Positions 58,488-64,000 of a DNA stretch of 64,000 nt are shown one piece after another (the stretch's first letter is position 1; each line of letters starts with the position of its first letter). The notes under the pieces were generated by a model. That model was not told the origin of the DNA, made no database searches, and worked only from the letters and a program-made list of their open reading frames with translations. The stretch is from assembly GCA_963555995.3 (NCBI GenBank), contig OY821641.1, positions 1,408,001 through 1,472,000 on the forward strand. Direction: 5' to 3'. The stretch is from Vicinamibacteria bacterium (GTDB lineage Bacteria > Acidobacteriota > Vicinamibacteria > Marinacidobacterales > Marinacidobacteraceae). Made by a program: the position numbers and the translations under genes.

Positions 58488-59218
58488 GCTTGACTCCCGC
58501 CAGCTCCGGCCCAATCGCGGATCGCGGTGCGACTGCCGTTGAGACAGTGCAGCACGATCTCGGCAGCGGCCCGGGCATCCTCCCCGGCGTCGTGATGCCG
58601 GAAGCGAATGCCGAGCCGATCCGCGATCGGCGCCAGGCCGCGCGAGCCGCGCGGAAACCGACCCGGCCACACGAGATTCGGAATGCGGGAGCTGTCGAGC
58701 CAAGCTCGCTGAAACGTCGGCAGGCGGTTCCGGCGACAGGCTTGGAGGAGTGCCGCCACATCGAAACCGGTGTGCGTGACCACGAACTCCGGCAAGCGTC
58801 TTTCGAGTTCGGAGTGGAGTTGGGCGAAGGGGGGAGCGTTCGCCACCGCCTCGCTCGTGATCCCGTGGATCCGGATGTGACGGCGGCTGAATCGTCCCGC
58901 GGGACGGACGAACTGGGTCCACACCTGCGTGACCCGGCCTGCTCGCACCGTGGCGATACCGATTTGGCAAATGCTGGTCGGGTCTGGGTTTGCCGTTTCG
59001 ACATCGAGTGCGGCGAAATCAACCTGTTCGCTGGGTGTTGCCGGAACATGCGAGTCGGGAGTGTGATCGGACCGGTGTCGCCGCGAGTCACGCGATGACG
59101 GCGTGTCTGGAGCCGACGTTCCTCCTCGACCGTGTGGTGTTTCCCGCGCTGGACGGTGAGTCTCCATGGGGCAGGGCTCGTCAGCCGCGAGACCGCCGTG
59201 ACAGAGGAGGTGGCTCAC
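58448..59218 (-). CDS. DEDDh 3'-5' exonuclease (DnaQ-like); 3' end runs into the MITE; start uncertain
   Basis: FAALDVETAN, SICQIG, IHGIT, HTGFD, WLDS, HHDAGEDARA. Confidence 0.85.
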   Translation of the reverse strand: MSHLLCHGGLAADEPCPMETHRPARETPHGRGGTSAPDTPSSRDSRRHRSDHTPDSHVPATPSEQVDFAALDVETANPDPTSICQIGIATVRAGRVTQVWTQFVRPAGRFSRRHIRIHGITSEAVANAPPFAQLHSELERRLPEFVVTHTGFDVAALLQACRRNRLPTFQRAWLDSSRIPNLVWPGRFPRGSRGLAPIADRLGIRFRHHDAGEDARAAAEIVLHCLNGSRTAIRDWAGAGGSQAVNGIRKVDRNGI

Positions 59219-59516
59219 CCGCAGCCGCGAGGCTCGCGAGATAGAAGCCGACAGAGGTGGTAGTCGCCGCCAGCAGGGCCAGGAGGAGCGCGATCAGGGT
59301 CATGCGGGCATGTTGACGGCGCGTTGCGCCAAAAACGGACACCCCTTTTGCCCCGTGCGGCGGTGCGTTCGGATGGGTCGGGTCGCCTTCGTAGCTGTAG
59401 GGCGTTCCGGTGCCGACCTGGAGGTCGGCGGTCCCTGACCGGGGACGCCGCTTGTGGGACGGCCGGTCCGTGAGCGGTTCGAGCGTACGGGCCTCGTCCG
59501 TGTCCGCGCCGACGAT

Positions 59517-59666
59517 CTACGCCGCGCCGATGCCGCCGACGAGGGCGGCGGCCTCGTGGCGCAGCCGGACGCGGGTGGTGATGAGGCGGCGGCACTCCTC
59601 GGCGAGTTGCCGGGCGGTCTCCGGGGAGCGGGGCACGGGGAGCGCCAGCCGCGGGCGGGCGTACAT
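59517..59666 (-). CDS. Small hypothetical protein (49 aa) coupled to rmuC
   Basis: TGATG stop/start overlap with rmuC; MYARPRLALPVPRSPETARQLAEECRRL... Confidence 0.35.
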   Translation of the reverse strand: MYARPRLALPVPRSPETARQLAEECRRLITTRVRLRHEAAALVGGIGAA

Positions 59667-60883
59667 CAGGAGAGGAGGGTCCGGTCCGGCGGGATGTCCG
59701 TGTCCTCGGGGCGGAGGAGACGGGGGGCGATCTCGACGGGGGCGGGGAGCCGGTCGGCGGGGGTCTCCTCCGGGCGGTCGCCCAGTTCGCGGAGTTTCCG
59801 GAGCTGCGGGGTGAGGCGAGATTCCGACGAGCCGACGGCGCGGTTGTAGGCGGCGGTGGCCTTGTGAAGCTGGCTGCCGACGTCCGCGAAATGGCCGAGG
59901 AAGGTGTCCAGCCGCCTCTCCAGTTCGAGCCCGGCGTTCCGCATCTCCTCCGCATTCCGGGTGCTGGTCTCGTTCCGCCACATGGCGGCGACGCTCCAGA
60001 GCAGCCCCATGAGCGTGTGGGGGGTGGCGAGCACCACCCTCCGGTCCGCCGCGTACTGGAGGAGGTCGGGCTCGTGGCGGATGGCCGCCGCGAGCAGCGA
60101 CTCGATCGGGAGGAACAGGACGGTGAAGGGCGGGCCGTCGCCCAGTTTCGCCGGGTAGCTGCGCTTGGCCAGCGCGTCGGCGTGCAGCTTGACCTGCTTC
60201 GCGTGCTTCGCCAGCGCGGCGTCCTGGAGTTCGGGCGATTCCACCTCGGCGGCGGTCAGGTAGTCGTCCATGGGCGCCTTGGCGTCCACCGGGAGGACGG
60301 CGCCGCCGGGGAGCCGGAGCACGAGGTCGGGCCGGACGCCGTTCGTCCCGGTCTGGGTCGTGAAGTCGGAGTGGGCGGTCAGCCCCACCGACTCGACCAG
60401 CGTCTGGAGCTGGATCTCGCCCCAGCGGCCGCGCGCCTGCCGGTCGCCCTTCAGCGCTTCGCGGAGGGAACGGCTGCTGCCGAGCACGCTCTGGACCTGC
60501 TCGGACAGGTTCCGGGCGACCTGTTCGAGGGCGCCGTGGTCCCGGGCGCGCTTTTCTTCCAGTTCGCTCGCGAGCCGCCGTACCTGGGTGAGGGATTCCC
60601 GCAGCGGGGCGGCGGTCTCGGCGAACTGGGCCCGGCCGAGTTCGCGGTCCGAGCGGGTGGCGGCCTCGAGGCGATCCACCGCCTGGCCGGTGGCGCGTTC
60701 GTACGCCTCGCGGGCCTGCCGGTTGCTCTGGTCCGCCGCCGTCCGGGCGATGGCCTCGACGTCCGAGCGGGTCTGCCGGCGGCCGAGCCGTTCGCCGCGC
60801 CGGAGCCCGCTGAAGTAGGAGATGGCGCCGACGAGGGCGGCCACGAGGAGGGAGAGGAGAACGGTCGTGGTCATGGGCGGCAT
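59666..60883 (-). CDS. rmuC: DNA recombination protein RmuC
   Basis: N-terminal TM helix, coiled coil, RGRWGEIQL, RPDLVLRLPGG, VDAKAP, LFLPIE, LATPHTL. Confidence 0.95.
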   Translation of the reverse strand: MPPMTTTVLLSLLVAALVGAISYFSGLRRGERLGRRQTRSDVEAIARTAADQSNRQAREAYERATGQAVDRLEAATRSDRELGRAQFAETAAPLRESLTQVRRLASELEEKRARDHGALEQVARNLSEQVQSVLGSSRSLREALKGDRQARGRWGEIQLQTLVESVGLTAHSDFTTQTGTNGVRPDLVLRLPGGAVLPVDAKAPMDDYLTAAEVESPELQDAALAKHAKQVKLHADALAKRSYPAKLGDGPPFTVLFLPIESLLAAAIRHEPDLLQYAADRRVVLATPHTLMGLLWSVAAMWRNETSTRNAEEMRNAGLELERRLDTFLGHFADVGSQLHKATAAYNRAVGSSESRLTPQLRKLRELGDRPEETPADRLPAPVEIAPRLLRPEDTDIPPDRTLLS

Positions 60884-60950
60884 TCTCGGGGCGCGCTGCG
60901 ACAGAACGTGACATGCCCCGCCGGTGGGAGCGGGGAGGCCGCCGCGGCGC

Positions 60951-61178
60951 TCATTCCGGGTCCCCCGGGGCCGGGCGGGCGCCGGGCGGCTGCCGGAAGA
61001 GCGGGCCGCGCCGGAAGATGTAGGCGGCTACCGCGTCGCGGACCACCCAGGCCAGCGAGACCCGCTTCTCGGCGGCGATCCGCGTCAGTTCGTCGTAGTC
61101 GGCGGGGTCGAAGGAGACCGAGACGCGGCGGACCGCGCGGCCTGGGGCGGGACTGTCAGCGGGACCTTTTTGCACCAT
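60951..61178 (-). CDS. CopG/ribbon-helix-helix transcriptional regulator
   Basis: RVSVSFDPADYDELTRIAAEKRVSLAWVVRDAVAAY. Confidence 0.85.
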   Translation of the reverse strand: MVQKGPADSPAPGRAVRRVSVSFDPADYDELTRIAAEKRVSLAWVVRDAVAAYIFRRGPLFRQPPGARPAPGDPE

Positions 61179-61204
61179 GCTGCACCATTGTGGTGCAGCG
61201 GTGC
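61171..61204. promoter_or_regulatory. Palindromic operator at the RHH gene start
   Basis: GCTGCACCA-TTG-TGGTGCAGC (61179-61199) plus TGCACCAT direct repeats. Confidence 0.6.
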
Positions 61205-61286
61205 GGACGGGTCAAACGCGACCGGAGGAAGCACGGGTCCCGCCGGCCGGAGGCCGGCGCTCCGGGGCGTTTCGCGGTCCGGCCGG

Positions 61287-62231
61287 TCAGGTCTCGACGA
61301 GGCGGGCGCTCGGGCCGCGCAGGATCCGGACCGAGGCGCCCGCCGGGACGTCGGCGGAGACGACCGCGAGGGCGAGGCCGGCGGGGCCGCTCCAGCGGTC
61401 CGGGCGGCCGGCGGCGCTGGTGACTCGGCCGGCGGGACCGTCGCCGAACAGGACGACCGATTCGGCCTCGGGCACGAATTCCTCGTCGAACTCCAGCCGG
61501 CGCAGGAGACGGGGGATCCGGCCCCGGTGCGCCTGCCGCGCCACGTACTCCTGGCCGATGTAGCACCCCTTGCCGAGGCGGACGTGTGCGGACAGCCCGC
61601 TCTGGAGGGGCAGGGACCGCTCGTCGAGTTCGGCGCCCCACCGCGGCTCGCTCGCGAGGATGCGGAGGTACTCCTGTTCTTCGGGTGATGCTTCCACGGA
61701 CTCGCCGCCGCCCTCGATCAGGTCCCGGAACGAAATCCGGCCGCCGGTCCGGAGTCCGACGTGGACGACCGTCTTCGCCGGCCAGGGCCGGAAGTCCCGG
61801 CGCACGAACCCGGCGCCCGTTTCCACGACCCGTCCCGGGGGACCCGGGTCCGGTCCGCCCGGCCGCGGCGCGGCGTCCGTGCCGACGATCTCGAAGTCGC
61901 CGCGTTCCGCGAGCGCGATCTCCACGTCGTCCGCGATCCGGTAGCGGTCGAGCGCGGCCGCGAGCGCTTCCCCGCGGGGCCGTTCGCATTCGAGCAGGAC
62001 CGCCCCGCTGGTGACCGTCGCGACCGCGGCGGCGATCAGGTTGCCCTTCGGCCCGAGGAGGGCCGTCCGCGCGGCGCCGGGAGCCGCCGGCAGACCGCCC
62101 GACATGATGCGCGTGAGGAACGCGATGCGGTCGGTCCCGGTGACGACCACGATGCCGCGGCTGCCGGTCCGCACCGAAAAAAGCGGATCTCCGCCCGGAA
62201 ACGCCAGCATCTGCGGCATCGGATTCTCCAT
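61287..62231 (-). CDS. ygfZ: YgfZ/GcvT-like folate-binding protein
   Basis: VTGTDRIAFL, LLGPKG, KGCYIGQE signature, GRVTS. Confidence 0.9.
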   Translation of the reverse strand: MENPMPQMLAFPGGDPLFSVRTGSRGIVVVTGTDRIAFLTRIMSGGLPAAPGAARTALLGPKGNLIAAAVATVTSGAVLLECERPRGEALAAALDRYRIADDVEIALAERGDFEIVGTDAAPRPGGPDPGPPGRVVETGAGFVRRDFRPWPAKTVVHVGLRTGGRISFRDLIEGGGESVEASPEEQEYLRILASEPRWGAELDERSLPLQSGLSAHVRLGKGCYIGQEYVARQAHRGRIPRLLRRLEFDEEFVPEAESVVLFGDGPAGRVTSAAGRPDRWSGPAGLALAVVSADVPAGASVRILRGPSARLVET

Positions 62232-62300
62232 GGATCGGCCCTCGCGCTTTATCCTAGTCGGGGGTGGGCGTTCGTTCCGGCCCGGAGGCCCCCGCCACTC

Positions 62301-63437
62301 ATGGATCTCCCACTCTCGCTCGTCGCCGAATCCTTCGCTCCGCCGCCGGCCCGCCTGCTCGACTTCGACAGCGTGGGGTCCCCCCGCAGCCTGCGGCCGC
62401 GCCCGGTGGGGGCCGATGCGTCGGCGGAAGCCGACCTGCGGGCCGACCTGGCCTGGTTCTGGAACTCGAACGCGGACTGGGCGGACGATCAGATCGCGGT
62501 CGGCGAGACCTACGCGGACCTGGTGCGCCGCCTGGTCCTTTCGCTCGGACTTCGCGAGGGGGACCGCATCGTCCTCAGCGCTTCGGAGCCCGACGACCGG
62601 CGGGCCGCCTGGAAGGCCGCCGTCCCGGACGGGGTCGAGGTGTCCGACTGGCGTCCGCGCCCGCTGGGCCGGGTCCTGCTCCGCGACCTCGAGGCGCTGC
62701 TCCACCAGCGGACCCGCCTCGTGCTGCTGACCAAGGCGTGTCCGGTGACGGGCTCGCTGAACGAGATCATTCCGGTCGCGCAGCTTCTCGAGGGGACGGG
62801 CGCGACGCTCGTCACCGAGGCGAGCCACTTCCTGTCGCACGGTTCGCTCGACATCCGGAACCTGCGCTGCGACGCCGTCGTCGCCGACGCCGCGGAGCTC
62901 TTCGGCGCCCGCGGCGCGACGCTCTGGGCCCGCCGGCTCGGTCCCGCGGCCTCCGCGAACGGGGCCGTTTCGCCGCACGTCCTCGCGGGGCTCGCCCGGG
63001 CGGTGTCCTATGCCGAACGGCTGGGCGAGGCGCCGGGCGCCCCGGTGGCGCCTCCCTCCGAGCGCTTCGGACGCCGGGAACCGATGCGGAAGGGGATGCA
63101 GGGCATCCGCCAGGAGGAACGGATCCTCTCCCGCTGGATGCTCCGGGGACTCGCGCGGATCGAGGGTGTTTCCGTCCTCGGGGAGGACGACCCCCGCCGG
63201 GCCGCCTACCGGATTCCGACGTTCAGCTTCACCTGCGAGGGGGAAAGCGCCGCGGCGCTCGGCGCCGCGCTCGAGGCGGAGGGGGTTCAGGTGGCTTCCG
63301 GGGACCTCGGGTGCTCGACCACCCTGGAGAACCTCGGCCGCGATCCGGAGAACGGCGTGCTGCGGGCGTCGCTCGGGCACTACCACACCCGGGACGACGT
63401 CGAGCGTTTCCTGCGCGCGCTGCGCTCGCTGCTCTAG
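62301..63437 (+). CDS. Class V aminotransferase / cysteine desulfurase-like protein with degenerate PLP site
   Basis: RTRLVLL, VTGSLN, RIPTFSF, GVLRASLGHYHTRDDVERFL; the expected SxxK reads DAAE. Confidence 0.8.
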   Translation: MDLPLSLVAESFAPPPARLLDFDSVGSPRSLRPRPVGADASAEADLRADLAWFWNSNADWADDQIAVGETYADLVRRLVLSLGLREGDRIVLSASEPDDRRAAWKAAVPDGVEVSDWRPRPLGRVLLRDLEALLHQRTRLVLLTKACPVTGSLNEIIPVAQLLEGTGATLVTEASHFLSHGSLDIRNLRCDAVVADAAELFGARGATLWARRLGPAASANGAVSPHVLAGLARAVSYAERLGEAPGAPVAPPSERFGRREPMRKGMQGIRQEERILSRWMLRGLARIEGVSVLGEDDPRRAAYRIPTFSFTCEGESAAALGAALEAEGVQVASGDLGCSTTLENLGRDPENGVLRASLGHYHTRDDVERFLRALRSLL

Positions 63438-63706
63438 CAGCCTGTGGATACAGTGACGTGAGCACCGAGAACGCCGAGGCGCCCGGCTGACAAGGCGCGT
63501 GAGGGAGGAATACCGGGTGGATTCCGACCGAAACGCAACGCAAAGCGCCTCCTAGAGGCGCGGTTCAGGCGGGATGCATCGGCGTTCGCGTCGTTAGCGG
63601 GGCGTGAGCCCCGCGCAGACCCCGGAGCGAGAGGGATAGGGGACGGGTTCACCCGGCTCCTATCCCTCTTGGCTCGGGAATGGCGCGTGACTTTGTCCAC
63701 AGGCTC
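63438..63706. mobile_element. IS5/IS1182-like MITE, 269 bp, flanked by a CTAG duplication
   Basis: TIRs CAGCCTGTGGATACAGTGACG and (reverse complement) GAGCCTGTGGACAAAGTCACG, 17/21 identical; CTAG at 63434 and 63707. Confidence 0.8.
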
Positions 63707-63776
63707 CTAGCCGGAGCAGGCTTTTCCTGCACGCCGCCGCCGGGGCGCGTACGATCGGCGGTCTGGGAGGCACGCC

Positions 63777-64000
63777 ATGACCGTCCGTTCCGCGTCCATG
63801 CCTGTTCCGCCGCGGCTCCTGCCGCTGCTCCTCGCCGGGGTGCTGGCCGGCTGCGGGTCCGAACCGCCCCCGCCGCCGGCGGCCGGGCCGGGCGCCCACG
63901 CCGACCTCGTCGCGCTCTTCGAGGAGTGGCGGGAGTTCGAGCGGCCGGAGTTCCGGGACGGGATTCCGGACTACAGCGCCGGGGCGATGGCGCGCCAGCA
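63777..64000 (+). CDS. DUF885-like lipoprotein, N-terminus (runs off window)
   Basis: RBS GGGAGG; lipobox LAGC; DLVALFEEWREFERP...GIPDYSA. Confidence 0.7.
   Translation, partial: MTVRSASMPVPPRLLPLLLAGVLAGCGSEPPPPPAAGPGAHADLVALFEEWREFERPEFRDGIPDYSAGAMARQ

Noticed and set aside
59313-59345. TTGACG as a -35 box
   Set aside because: No matching -10 element at 16-18 nt spacing.
63480-63700. Possible tmRNA or 6S RNA
   Set aside because: No tRNA-like ends or tag ORF; the region is bounded by TIRs and a CTAG duplication, so a MITE explains it.

Overview
High-GC bacterial chromosome segment. The abundance of VWA, TPR, PQQ-propeller and exported peptidase genes suggests Acidobacteriota (inference). 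Bases 1-44.6 kb hold mostly housekeeping and envelope genes: RibD-C reductase, ppk1, SDR, YbaK, a vapBC toxin-antitoxin pair, a complete moxR/DUF58/batA-E operon, two TPR-VWA gene pairs, fabB, several peptidases, an NYN nuclease and an RdhA/QueG-like protein, with REP-like palindromes between genes. Bases 45.0-58.2 kb are a complete type I-E CRISPR-Cas system (cas3, cas8e, cas11, cas7, cas5, cas6e, cas1, cas2) with 67 repeats and 66 spacers. The array's distal end is cut by a 270-bp IS21-type MITE that also truncates a DEDDh exonuclease. After that come rmuC, an RHH regulator, ygfZ, a degenerate class-V aminotransferase, an IS5-like MITE and the start of a DUF885 lipoprotein. Best finds: (1) an antisense two-repeat mini-array between cas3 and cas8e whose 20-nt guide matches the cas8e promoter region with a perfect seed and an AAT PAM (CreR-like autoregulation); (2) a promoter-driven structured RNA directly upstream of the NYN RNase gene (candidate RNA-antitoxin system). 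All calls come from manual reading; no searches were run.
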